Sequence record: SRR31156797_150
Strand: one strand, 5' to 3'
DNA: 56,927 bases
The notes beneath the pieces were generated by a model, which saw nothing but the letters and a program-made list of their open reading frames with translations, ran no database searches and was not told the origin of the DNA. Each line of letters begins with the position of its first letter. The first letter of the stretch is position 1. Shown here in pieces: positions 10,344-20,189 of the stretch. The translations under genes and the position numbers were made by a program.

Positions 10344-10501
10344 TGTTTTCGGTTCCCAGGATTTTGTAGATGATTGGTTTTGGTTAGATGTTGCTTAAAA
10401 TCCCCAACTCAAGAATACAACGCCCCTTCGATAAACAAACCCCACGACTCACGGCCCACAAACTCAAAACCCGCCTTCAACGAGGCAAGCTCACAACAGT
10501 C

Positions 10502-12604
10502 CTATTCCCATTCCATATATTTGAAATATTTTTCAGGAGGCATTGAAAGGTCATATGTTTTTAACCTGGTGGATTTATCATTAAATTTATAATCATACAT
10601 CTCCAATATCTTCCAGTTCTTATTACGGAAGCCGCTTTCCGGACCTGTCCTTTCAAAATCGATACCCATATTCAAAAGCTCCATATTATAAAACCGGATG
10701 CAGTCATTAAAATCAGGACCGAATTTCATGAGGGCACTTAAAAAATACATCCCGGTGTTGTACCCTGAAAAGGCATAATTATTTGGCTCTGTGGCATATT
10801 CTTCCCTGAACTTACCTACAAATCGCCTGACAGGCTCCTGGTTGTAATCGGTGTAATTGCGGGCAAAAATGTGTGTGTTCAGGTTGTTGAGGTGTTCGGC
10901 TTCCAGCCCTTCAATTTTCTGCCATTCCGGGATCCCGACCACCATAATGTTGAATGTGTCGCGTAATTCGTTGAGACTTCTGAGGATATCCAGGATAAAT
11001 ACCTTGCTTTCCGAATACACCACTACCACATTTTGGTGATCCACAGATGCAAGGTGCTCAAAGGTGTAAGTGCTGTCGTGGCTAAAAACAATTTCATGGT
11101 ATAGGCTGGTGAAAATTGGTAATCTTGAGTCAAGGTCCTTGTTCAATAAATTTTTCAAATCATTCAGGGCCAACTCATCACGGTATTGATTATGCCGTGC
11201 GATAAATATCTGAGAATAATCGTGTTCCTTATTCAAATACTCCACCAGCTTTTGGTTTTGATCACGATTAACGGGTTGTGGCTGGAAAACATAAGGGTTC
11301 CCATAAGTTGTTTCTTCACGGGTGGAGAGAGGATTTACGATGTTGATGCCATGCTCCATGGCAAAGTTGGCAAACAGCTTAAATGTATTTCCATAAACCG
11401 GACCGATGATCAAATCAACATTTTTCAACGCTGGATTTTTAAGGAGTACTTTGGCCTGCTGGATATTGTCCTCGAGGTTGTAAACATGCAGGTTTACATT
11501 CAAGCCTGCTTTTTCCAGCGAATCCATGGCCATCATAAACCCTTCATAAAACTGGATAAAAACATACGATTTTATAAACTCAGGATCAGTCTTGGCCTCT
11601 TCTTGATCTGATTTTTCGGTCTCAATTTGCTGCAGCGAATCATATACCGAGAGGAAAAACGGGAGTACAAGGGCAACATCGTATTCACCCATGTGGTATT
11701 GGTTATGGCAGATCTCTTTTTGTGATTTTTCGCGTATTTCTTCAAGCCTTTCCCGGTCTTTGTCTGTAACCAGGTTTTCTTTATCCTTTTCTTTTTCGAT
11801 TTCGGGCAGAGGAATCCTGATAACCTGGCCAACCTGTAAATGTCTTGAAGTGTATGGATTTATTGCTTTTACAGCTTCCACCTCCAGGTCATATTTCCTG
11901 GCAAGGCGGTTCATGGTTTGCCTTTGTTTGATGGTGTGCCGGATGAATGATTTGGGTTCGGTTTTTAAAGGGATTTTAATGATATGGCCAGATGATAATT
12001 TTTCTTCAATACCGGGGTTCAGGGCAAAAATGCTATCAACACTTACCCTGTATTTTATGGCCAACATATAAAGGGTTTCTTTTTCTTTGGCCTGGTATTC
12101 AAACCAATCGGTGTTTTTTGCCTGGGGTGTATTTTCAGTATTTTCACTGCTTCGGTTTCTTACCGGGATTTTTATAAATGAACCAGTCTTAAGTCCCTCA
12201 TGCAATCCATTGTTGGCGGCTCTTATTTCTTCAACCGAAACATTGTATTCTTTCGACAGGCTGTAAAGCGTTTCGCCTTTGGCCACCCGCCTGTAGTTCA
12301 TGCTTTCGCCGGATGCGTAATCATTTTCAGGCTTTTTAGGATTAACCGGAATTTTGATGATATCACCAGGTTTGATCCTGTCAGTCAGGCCGTAATTCGA
12401 GCTGCTTATGTCATCAACCTTTACATGGTATGCCCTGCTTATTGCCGAAAGTGTTTCGCCTTGTTGCACTTCATGCAGGTAGTATTCAATACCATTTATT
12501 TCCTGTGTTATATTGGACCGCTTTACATTACTTAAATCCTGGGCTGCGCCGGAAAAAAAAGTGGTTAACAGAATGGTGATGATCAACAATTTTGGAAATC
12601 TCAT
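10502..12604 (-). CDS. LysM (x4) peptidoglycan-binding protein with C-terminal type 1 periplasmic-binding fold
   Basis: Four LysM repeats (GETLSAISRAY, GETLYSLSKEY, KETLYMLAIKY, QTMNRLARKY), then VALVLPF...FYEG...DLIIGP domain; signal peptide. Confidence 0.85.
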   Translation of the reverse strand: MRFPKLLIITILLTTFFSGAAQDLSNVKRSNITQEINGIEYYLHEVQQGETLSAISRAYHVKVDDISSSNYGLTDRIKPGDIIKIPVNPKKPENDYASGESMNYRRVAKGETLYSLSKEYNVSVEEIRAANNGLHEGLKTGSFIKIPVRNRSSENTENTPQAKNTDWFEYQAKEKETLYMLAIKYRVSVDSIFALNPGIEEKLSSGHIIKIPLKTEPKSFIRHTIKQRQTMNRLARKYDLEVEAVKAINPYTSRHLQVGQVIRIPLPEIEKEKDKENLVTDKDRERLEEIREKSQKEICHNQYHMGEYDVALVLPFFLSVYDSLQQIETEKSDQEEAKTDPEFIKSYVFIQFYEGFMMAMDSLEKAGLNVNLHVYNLEDNIQQAKVLLKNPALKNVDLIIGPVYGNTFKLFANFAMEHGINIVNPLSTREETTYGNPYVFQPQPVNRDQNQKLVEYLNKEHDYSQIFIARHNQYRDELALNDLKNLLNKDLDSRLPIFTSLYHEIVFSHDSTYTFEHLASVDHQNVVVVYSESKVFILDILRSLNELRDTFNIMVVGIPEWQKIEGLEAEHLNNLNTHIFARNYTDYNQEPVRRFVGKFREEYATEPNNYAFSGYNTGMYFLSALMKFGPDFNDCIRFYNMELLNMGIDFERTGPESGFRNKNWKILEMYDYKFNDKSTRLKTYDLSMPPEKYFKYMEWE

Positions 12605-12687
12605 TTCCTCTAGGTTCAGTTTTGATTAAAGCTTGTGTTCTATACCAAAAAAACAGGTTTTGTACATTTTTATTTTGCCCCGGGATT

Positions 12688-14217
12688 TTATTCCCACTCT
12701 ATTGTGGCAGGCGGTTTCGAACTGATGTCGTAAACCACACGATTCACACCTTTCACCTTATTGATAATATCGTTTGAGACTTTTGCCAGAAAATCGTAGG
12801 GGAGCTGCGACCAGTCTGCGGTCATGCCATCAGTAGATTCCACAGCCCTGAGGGCAACCACATTTTCATAGGTTCTTTCATCACCCATCACACCTACCGA
12901 TTGCACTGGAAGCAACACAACCAGTGCCTGCCAGACATCATCATATAACTTGTGATCTTTTAATCCCTGGATGAAAATGTGGTCAACATCCTGAAGAATC
13001 CTGATTCTTTCCGGAGTTATCTCGCCCAGAATACGAATGCCAAGGCCCGGACCCGGGAATGGATGGCGGTGCAGGATTTCGGGCTTTAGGCCCAGTTCCT
13101 TTCCAACTCTTCTCACCTCATCTTTAAAAAGTGCATTCAGTGGCTCAACCACCTTAAGTTTCATATAATCAGGCAGGCCTCCAACATTGTGATGTGATTT
13201 TATGGTTGCGGAGGGCCCTTTTACCGAAACCGATTCGATAACATCCGGATAAATGGTGCCCTGGGCCAGCCACGTTACATCCTGGATTTTATGGGCTTCA
13301 TCATCAAAGACATCGATAAATGTTTTACCAATGGCCTTGCGTTTATCTTCCGGATCGGTTTTTCCCGACAGTGCATCGTAAAATAATTGTGCCGCCGGAA
13401 CGCCCTTAACATTCAAACCCATATCCTTATAGGCCTCAAGCACTGTGTCAAATTCATGTTTGCGCAAAAGGCCGTTATCAACAAAAATGCAATGCAGGTT
13501 TTTGCCAATTGCACGGTGCAACAGGAGCGAGGCCACTGAAGAATCAACACCTCCTGAAAGGCCCAGCACCACTTTGTCGTTCCCAAGTTTTCGCTTCAAT
13601 TCGGCAACAGTTGAATCAACAAATGAAGCAGGTGTCCAGCTTTGTTCACAGCCACAAATTACTACAACAAAATTCCTGAGTAAGATCATGCCTTCTTTGG
13701 AGTGATACACTTCGGGGTGGAACTGGATGCCGTAGATATTTTCTTCACCGGCCTGGTAACCTGCAACTTCAACATCGTTGGTGCTCGAGATAATATTGTA
13801 TCCCTCAGGGAGGCTTAATATTGTGTCGCCATGCGACATCCAGACCTGGCATCCCGGTGTCATTCCTTTTAAAAGTTCATGGTTCTGTATGATATGTTTG
13901 AGGTTGGCGCGGCCATATTCCCTGATTCTAGAAGGCTCAACTGATCCGCCGTTTTTTTTCGCCAAAAACTGTGCACCGTAACAAACGCCCAGCAATGGAA
14001 TTTTACCGTTAAGGATTTCATTAAGATCAGGTTCGGGAGCTCCATCATCAAGTACCGAATGCGGGCTGCCTGAAAGGATAACCCCTTTTACATTTTCAAG
14101 GGAAGGAATTTTATTGAATGGATGTATTTCACAATATACATTGAGTTCGCGTACACGTCTGGCAATGAGCTGGGTATATTGCGATCCGAAGTCGAGAATA
14201 AGTATCATTTGCTGCAT
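12688..14217 (-). CDS. guaA: GMP synthase (glutamine-hydrolysing)
   Basis: [56 protein letters not shown]. Confidence 0.99.
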   Translation of the reverse strand: MQQMILILDFGSQYTQLIARRVRELNVYCEIHPFNKIPSLENVKGVILSGSPHSVLDDGAPEPDLNEILNGKIPLLGVCYGAQFLAKKNGGSVEPSRIREYGRANLKHIIQNHELLKGMTPGCQVWMSHGDTILSLPEGYNIISSTNDVEVAGYQAGEENIYGIQFHPEVYHSKEGMILLRNFVVVICGCEQSWTPASFVDSTVAELKRKLGNDKVVLGLSGGVDSSVASLLLHRAIGKNLHCIFVDNGLLRKHEFDTVLEAYKDMGLNVKGVPAAQLFYDALSGKTDPEDKRKAIGKTFIDVFDDEAHKIQDVTWLAQGTIYPDVIESVSVKGPSATIKSHHNVGGLPDYMKLKVVEPLNALFKDEVRRVGKELGLKPEILHRHPFPGPGLGIRILGEITPERIRILQDVDHIFIQGLKDHKLYDDVWQALVVLLPVQSVGVMGDERTYENVVALRAVESTDGMTADWSQLPYDFLAKVSNDIINKVKGVNRVVYDISSKPPATIEWE

Positions 14218-14222
14218 GCGCG

Positions 14223-14230
14223 CAAAAATA
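14223..14230 (-). promoter_or_regulatory. -7 element for guaA
   Basis: TATTTTTG on the minus strand, 5 nt before the ATG. Confidence 0.5.
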
Positions 14231-14496
14231 CGAATTCAGGTAATCGAAATGCAGGTGTGTTGAAATATTGTGATATGTTTTTGACCTGGTTACCTGAAAC
14301 AGGGATCATAATTTGGATTGTTTCTAGAGCCGAAAAATGCTTTTGATTTGATAATAACCCATATTTTTGCGTGCTATTTTGACCAGATTGTATTAGATTC
14401 TTCCAGTTAGGCCATTTCTGGAATTCATTTTACCAAACCGTATCCATATTTTTCAGTTGGTTTGAGGATAAAACAAGGAACCAAAAACATGAATCA

Positions 14497-15213
14497 ATGA
14501 TAAACTTATTTACCGGAATTATTGCTGCGATGGCGCATGTGCTTGCCGGTCCGGATCATCTGGCCGCTGTAACACCTTTGGCCATCGAATCCAAAAAGCG
14601 ATCGTGGCGTATCGGAATGGCCTGGGGAGTTGGCCACACGCTTGGTATACTGATTATCGGCGTGCTGTTTTTGCTGTTCCGCGATGTGATCCCGGTTGAA
14701 AAGATATCGGCACATAGTGAACAGATTGTTGGTGTGATGCTTATCCTGATTGGCCTTTGGGCTATCATAAAAGCCCATCACTCAAAAAAGCATGCGCATC
14801 CTCATGTGCATAAATCCGGTAAAGGGAAATTTATGCATATCCACGAACATGATCATAAAACGGAGCACGATCACACAAATCCTGAAGCCCATGTTCATGA
14901 TCATCACAGGCAGCATAAGCAAAATATGAGAACTTCCCTGGGCATCGGCATTTTTCACGGACTTGCCGGGGTTTCACATTTATTTGCCATCCTGCCAACA
15001 CTTGCACTGCCAAGCCAGTGGGATGCAGCTTTATACCTGTCAGGCTTTGGAGTGGGTACCATAGCGGCGATGATCATTTTTTCAGCAGTTCTGGGATTTA
15101 TTTCCCTGCGGACATCCAGTTCAGGAAGGCAGAATGCATTTAGAGCATTACGAATTTTTGGTGGTGTTGCTGCAATTGCAGTTGGAATCTGGTGGATATT
15201 TTCTACATTTTGA
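14497..15213 (+). CDS. UreH/NicO-like nickel/cobalt transporter with His-rich loop
   Basis: About 6 TM segments; motifs HVLAGPDHLAAV, WGVGHT, GIFHGLAG; central His-rich loop (HAHPHVH...HIHEHDH...HVHDHH); -7 element TATTTTTG at 14362-14369. Confidence 0.8.
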   Translation: MINLFTGIIAAMAHVLAGPDHLAAVTPLAIESKKRSWRIGMAWGVGHTLGILIIGVLFLLFRDVIPVEKISAHSEQIVGVMLILIGLWAIIKAHHSKKHAHPHVHKSGKGKFMHIHEHDHKTEHDHTNPEAHVHDHHRQHKQNMRTSLGIGIFHGLAGVSHLFAILPTLALPSQWDAALYLSGFGVGTIAAMIIFSAVLGFISLRTSSSGRQNAFRALRIFGGVAAIAVGIWWIFSTF

Positions 15214-15291
15214 TCCTGGCACATGATATCTTTAGATCATATTTAATATAATTAAATATTTTTAATACTTTCGCCGAAAACTTAGGTATTT

Positions 15292-15519
15292 ATGAAAAAG
15301 ATCGATACTTCAAAACTTTCAAAAGATGAATGCTGGGGTGTTCAAATCAGTGGGTTTAAACACTGCCAGAATTGTAAGTGGACCGGTATCAGTGCCTGTG
15401 AGGGACAAAACATCGTAAAAACCGGGCGTAACAAAAATGGTTATCGAATCGGTGATCATGGTATCGTAGAAGAGGATTGGATTAATCCGAAATGGATACA
15501 ACAAGAAGTTTCCAAGTAA
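15292..15519 (+). CDS. Small 4-Cys hypothetical protein (C-X10-C-X2-C-X7-C)
   Basis: 75-aa ORF with ATG start in an A/T-rich context, fills the gap and ends 12 nt before rex; Cys14/25/28/36. Confidence 0.7.
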   Translation: MKKIDTSKLSKDECWGVQISGFKHCQNCKWTGISACEGQNIVKTGRNKNGYRIGDHGIVEEDWINPKWIQQEVSK

Positions 15520-15531
15520 TGGCCCAGATTC

Positions 15532-16149
15532 ATGGATAAGTTACCCGATAAAACTGTCGAACGTTTGAGCCGCTACCGCAGGCTTTTGATGCGATACCAA
15601 TACCTGGAAAAACCGCATATATTTTCCCGTGATTTAGCTTCCATGCTAAAAATTAACCCGGTACATGTAAGGCGTGATTTGATGTTGCTTGGCGCAAAAG
15701 GCAGCCACATCTCTGGTTATGATGTTCGGGAATTGATCAGCCAGATTTCTGAAAAGCTCCACTGTGCTTCCGGAAAAAATGCCTGCATCATTGGTTTTGG
15801 TCACAGCGGAAGGGCGGCATTCGAATTATTTGTCCATGATTTTACACCTGTCAATATCCGGGCAATTTTTGATTCATCGCAAAAATCGATCAACAAATCT
15901 TTCGAAGGTGTCCCCTGCTATTCGATGGATAAACTGGCTACAGTAATCGAGGAAGAAAAAATTGATTTGGCAGTTTTTACCGAAGCCGATGAAAATCCTG
16001 AAGCTACAGCTAACCTGTTGATAGCCCTTGGGATAAAAGGAATTATGAATTTAACGCCTGTTCAACTGTATGTTCCTGAGGGTATACACCTGGAGGAATT
16101 TGATATGGTGACATCCATGATAAAACTGGCCTATTTTTCAGTGAAATAG
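15532..16149 (+). CDS. rex: Rex-family redox-sensing transcriptional repressor (divergent)
   Basis: N-terminal wHTH (TVERLSRY...SRDLA...VRRDL...GYDV); Rossmann GFGHSG; GIKGIMNLTP. Confidence 0.85.
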   Translation: MDKLPDKTVERLSRYRRLLMRYQYLEKPHIFSRDLASMLKINPVHVRRDLMLLGAKGSHISGYDVRELISQISEKLHCASGKNACIIGFGHSGRAAFELFVHDFTPVNIRAIFDSSQKSINKSFEGVPCYSMDKLATVIEEEKIDLAVFTEADENPEATANLLIALGIKGIMNLTPVQLYVPEGIHLEEFDMVTSMIKLAYFSVK

Positions 16150-16194
16150 GTTAAGTTGGAAGTTGACAAAATTCACCCCCCAAAAAGCAGTTTG

Positions 16195-17091
16195 TTATTT
16201 TCTGATTCTTGTCATTGGCTCTACGTGGATTGTAGCGATCATTTTCAGATCACTCCTTAGTTGTTCTTCAATTTTTACGGTTAAATCATGCGATTCCTCT
16301 ACGGTCATTTCATTGGGAAGTAATATATGAAATGTCAATTCTTTGTGATCCACATAATCGTGTACGTGAATATGATGGATGTTCAGGTTGATATTCGTGA
16401 TCTTTCGGGCAGATTTTTCAATTTTTTGTTTTAGCTTTGGATCGGGTGCTTCGCCGAGGAGGCGACTGTTGGCATCTTTTAAAATTCCATAAGCTGACCA
16501 CAAGATCATCAGAGCAACAATGATGCCCAGTACTCCATCGATCCACCAAAAATAATTACCCAAAAATATACCTGTCAGGATTATCAGTGAGGATAAGGCA
16601 TCGGTACGATGATGGATACCGTCAGCCCTGAGCGAATTTGAACTTGTTTTACGTGCCGCCCTGAAAGCAAACTGTGCAAGGCCTTCCTTAAAGATGATGG
16701 AAATAATGGTAACAATAATGGCTATTTTACCAAAGTAAACTTCTTCATGATGATTGAGCTTAGAAATGGATTCTGAAATGAATTCATAGGAGACAAATCC
16801 GAGCAGTGCAGCAATTAATACGGAGGCAATCAGCTCGGCACGTCCATGGCCAAAAGGGTGTTCTTTATCAGGTGGTTTGCTCGAAACCCTGGCCCCGATG
16901 ATCACAAAAATAGAGCTTAACGAATCGGAGAGTGTATGCCAGGCATCAGCAATGATGGCCACGGATCCCGTTACTACACCGGCCCAGTATTTCAGGGCAA
17001 AAAGCAGCAGGTTTGTACCAATGGAAAGCCAACCTTCGGTGTAGGCCAGCTTTTGAGAATTTTTACCGGAATGATCTTCAGGATTACCCAA
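16195..17091 (-). CDS. Cation diffusion facilitator (FieF-like) metal transporter
   Basis: SVAIIADAWHTLSD, PPDKEHPFGHGRAE, ADGIHHRTD, C-terminal IHVEP; start uncertain (TTG 17091 vs ORF-track 17154). Confidence 0.9.
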   Translation of the reverse strand: MGNPEDHSGKNSQKLAYTEGWLSIGTNLLLFALKYWAGVVTGSVAIIADAWHTLSDSLSSIFVIIGARVSSKPPDKEHPFGHGRAELIASVLIAALLGFVSYEFISESISKLNHHEEVYFGKIAIIVTIISIIFKEGLAQFAFRAARKTSSNSLRADGIHHRTDALSSLIILTGIFLGNYFWWIDGVLGIIVALMILWSAYGILKDANSRLLGEAPDPKLKQKIEKSARKITNINLNIHHIHVHDYVDHKELTFHILLPNEMTVEESHDLTVKIEEQLRSDLKMIATIHVEPMTRIRK

Positions 17092-17173
17092 AATATTTTG
17101 CTTTAATGGCTGTAAAAATAATGATGAAAACTGTGATTTAAAAACCTCAGGCAATTTTGTATATGATCCAGAT

Positions 17174-17210
17174 AAAAATAGACCCCGAAAATAATTGGAT
17201 TTTCGGGGTC
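17174..17210 (-). terminator. Rho-independent terminator ending the hox-DHODH-like operon
   Basis: Perfect 12-bp stem GACCCCGAAAAT/ATTTTCGGGGTC (17181-17210), followed on the minus strand by TATTTTT. Confidence 0.8.
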
Positions 17211-17234
17211 GGATATGCTTGTGGTTTTTGTTTT

Positions 17235-18218
17235 CTAATTGAAAATACCCGTGGTTTTTCGCATAAACTGGATACGTTCAAATTCGGCGGAGTTATCAGT
17301 TCCGATATGGATTTTACCTTTCAGTTCAGCTAGTGATTTCACATGGTTTTCATTCATCCAGGTTTCGATGCCCTTGATGATTTCACCAATATATGGGATG
17401 CCCTTTTTATACAGTGCAGAGCAAATTTGAGCAGCTGATGCACCAGCCATGATCTGCTTGATCACACCCTGATAATCATGAATTCCTGTAGCTGCGGCTA
17501 TATCACAATTTACTTTGTTCGACATGATACCTACCCAGCGGAGCGATTGTGTCATTTCTGAAGGCTCGCTCAGATAATTATCATAAACCGGTTTGGCGTT
17601 TTGGATATCGATATCCGGACGGAAAAAGCGATTGAACAAAACAACGCCATCGGCGCCGGCTGCATCCAACAAAGATACCATACGGCTTACATTGGTGAAG
17701 TATGGGCCAAGTTTTACACTTACCGGAATATTGACATACAATTTAACTTCTTTAAGAATGTCGATGTAAAGATTTTCGATGTCCTTGCTTTCTACGTTTT
17801 CATCAAACGGGAAAATAGCAATATTCAATTCGATGGCATCAGCACCGGCAGCTTGCAATTCTTTGGCAAAAGCAGGCCATTCCTGCGATGTTGTACAGTT
17901 TACACTGGCAATCACCGGAATGGAAACATTGGCTTTAACCTTTTCGATGAGTTTCAGGTACTCATTTACGCCGTGCTCCTTTGAAATGCCTTTTACAAAC
18001 TCCGTAGCTTCAGGATACCAGAAATACATTTCATGATTCTTAAGTTTGGATTCGATGTCTGAAATGATTTGCTCTTCGAAAAGTGATTTTAACACAATCG
18101 CACCGGCACCATTGTCGGCGCATTCGATTACTTTGTCGTAAGAACCGGTTAACCGGGAACTGGACACAATGATCGGGTTCTTTAATTCAAGACCCAAATA
18201 TTTTGTTGTTGTATTCAT
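17235..18218 (-). CDS. Dihydroorotate dehydrogenase-like FMN protein (DHOD-like subfamily)
   Basis: YLGLELKNPIIVSSS, GAGAIVLKSLFEEQI, PVSVKLGPYF, GVVLFNRFFRPDID; lacks the class-1 N.SCPN catalytic Cys. Confidence 0.85.
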   Translation of the reverse strand: MNTTTKYLGLELKNPIIVSSSRLTGSYDKVIECADNGAGAIVLKSLFEEQIISDIESKLKNHEMYFWYPEATEFVKGISKEHGVNEYLKLIEKVKANVSIPVIASVNCTTSQEWPAFAKELQAAGADAIELNIAIFPFDENVESKDIENLYIDILKEVKLYVNIPVSVKLGPYFTNVSRMVSLLDAAGADGVVLFNRFFRPDIDIQNAKPVYDNYLSEPSEMTQSLRWVGIMSNKVNCDIAAATGIHDYQGVIKQIMAGASAAQICSALYKKGIPYIGEIIKGIETWMNENHVKSLAELKGKIHIGTDNSAEFERIQFMRKTTGIFN

Positions 18219-18239
18219 ATTGTCGTGTATTAATGAATT

Positions 18240-18719
18240 TTATTGGTAGTTTAAAAGCTTCTGCGGATCAGTTAACAATGGTTTCATGTATTTAAATGAC
18301 GCCTCAAAGTTTTGCAGGGCTTGCGCTGTTATGCCTTCCATAAATTCCCACTCGTAGCCTTTGATATGCAAAAGAAATGCTTTTGGCGACTTTCTGTATA
18401 TATCCTTACAAAGGTGTACCACATAAGATGCTGAAACCGAATGCATCGAAAACTCCACTTTATCATCCGGTGTGATTTCATCCAGTTTAAAAGCTTTGAG
18501 ATCTTCTAACGATGCATCCACAAAGATAACAATGTCTTTGTCTGAAATCTCTGCAGCATCTTCAATGTTGAGCTGGTAATTGGAATCAAAGGAGATATTA
18601 TCCAGCCCTTCCCTTTCAGCCCAAGCTTTGGCCTGATCCACAAAATGGTTACCCAGGCCATCATCCTGACGGCCCGGGTTCCCATATCCATAAATTAGTA
18701 TTTTGGTTTTGAAATGCAA
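18240..18719 (-). CDS. hoxW: [NiFe]-hydrogenase maturation protease
   Basis: IYGYGNPGRQDDGLG, QLNIE, VIFVDAS, FSMH; directly after hoxH; TTG start. Confidence 0.88.
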   Translation of the reverse strand: MHFKTKILIYGYGNPGRQDDGLGNHFVDQAKAWAEREGLDNISFDSNYQLNIEDAAEISDKDIVIFVDASLEDLKAFKLDEITPDDKVEFSMHSVSASYVVHLCKDIYRKSPKAFLLHIKGYEWEFMEGITAQALQNFEASFKYMKPLLTDPQKLLNYQ

Positions 18720-20171
18720 TTATGAGCGCTTTTTATCAATCAGTGTATTTGAAGCATCAAACAGTGAAATTTCAAGCGGCATCTGACCTAAGGCATGTGT
18801 TGCACAGCTCAGGCAGGGGTCATAAGCACGGATAGCCACCTCAACGGCATTCATCATACCTTCGGTGATCTCTTGTTGTCCGTTCATATATTCCTTGGCT
18901 ACACTGTTTACGGCACGGTTCATCGGCTCATTGTTGTTGGTTGTTGAAACGATCAGGTTGGCCATTTCTATCTGGTCCTTATCGTTAATCTCATAGTGAT
19001 GGAAGAGGGTTCCTCGTGGTGCTTCAATCAAACCAACACCTTTTTTAACCTTGGTACCTTTGGTCACCAGGTCGTCTTTTTGCAGGTCGGGATCGTTGAG
19101 CAGGTCGCGGATCACCTCAGCTGAGTGCAGTGTTTCGATCAGGCGGGCCCAGTGCATGTGCATCGACATGTTATTGGGTTTGCCTTTGGTGTAATCCTTG
19201 TAAATCTCAAACTCTTTTTGTGCGAGAGGAGTCGTAATGAAATCAGCGGTGTTGAGGCGGGCGAGTGGCCCAACCCGGTACCAGCCATCTTCTTTACCCA
19301 AATGCATCAGGTAAGGGAACTTCATATAGCTCCAGTTCTTGACTTCTTCGTTGATGTATTCCATGTAATCCTGGTAATCAACATCATTGAGTATCTTTTT
19401 ACCATCAGCATCAACAGCGCGAAGTACGCCGTGATAAAGATCCATGGCTCCATCTTTGCGAACAAGGCTGAGGTGGCTTGACGGAAATTCAGCAAATCCA
19501 TCAATGAAAGCCTGGTTTTGCTTATGATAACCCTTGAAGAAATCAAGGGCTTCCTGTGCCCATGAAACCATTTTTTCAATGTTAAATGGATCTTCGCCTT
19601 TGGTGAAGAAATTACGTTCTTCGATGCTCAGGTTTTTATTGATACCACCTGGGATTGCACCTGTTCCGTGAATTTTTTTACCTGCAGTGGCACGAATGAT
19701 CTCCTGTCCGAACTTACGCATCATCACACCCTGAACGGCAAGGTCTTTATGTTTGAGGGCCACGCCAATCACATTTCGTGTAAGCGGATCGCCGTCAACG
19801 CCAAAGAGCAGGTCGGGTGATGCCAGATGGAAAAAGTGAAGTGCATGCGACTGGAACATTTGTCCGTAGTGCATCAGTCGGCGCATCTTTTCACCGGTAG
19901 GGGTGAGGCCGTCACCGGTTCCTGCACCAACAATTACGTCGAGAGCCTTTGCCGCAGCAAGGTGATGGCTCACCGGGCAGATACCGCAAAGACGCTGAAC
20001 GAGTACCGGAGCTTCCCAATAGGGGCGCCCCTGAACGAAGCGTTCAAAACCACGGAATTCTACAATGTGCAGACGGGTTTGATTTACGTTTCCTTTATCA
20101 TCAAGATGAATAGTAACCTTTCCGTGGCCTTCCACGCGGGTTACCGGTTCAATTGTTATTTTTTGTCCCAT
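18720..20171 (-). CDS. hoxH: Group 3d NAD-reducing [NiFe]-hydrogenase large subunit
   Basis: EPVTRVEGHGK, RGFERF, L1 motif RLCGICPVSH, EAPRGTLFHHY, L2 motif DPCLSCATH plus a 24-aa cleavable tail. Confidence 0.95.
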   Translation of the reverse strand: MGQKITIEPVTRVEGHGKVTIHLDDKGNVNQTRLHIVEFRGFERFVQGRPYWEAPVLVQRLCGICPVSHHLAAAKALDVIVGAGTGDGLTPTGEKMRRLMHYGQMFQSHALHFFHLASPDLLFGVDGDPLTRNVIGVALKHKDLAVQGVMMRKFGQEIIRATAGKKIHGTGAIPGGINKNLSIEERNFFTKGEDPFNIEKMVSWAQEALDFFKGYHKQNQAFIDGFAEFPSSHLSLVRKDGAMDLYHGVLRAVDADGKKILNDVDYQDYMEYINEEVKNWSYMKFPYLMHLGKEDGWYRVGPLARLNTADFITTPLAQKEFEIYKDYTKGKPNNMSMHMHWARLIETLHSAEVIRDLLNDPDLQKDDLVTKGTKVKKGVGLIEAPRGTLFHHYEINDKDQIEMANLIVSTTNNNEPMNRAVNSVAKEYMNGQQEITEGMMNAVEVAIRAYDPCLSCATHALGQMPLEISLFDASNTLIDKKRS

Positions 20172-20189
20172 TGTTATTTCCTTTTTTCG

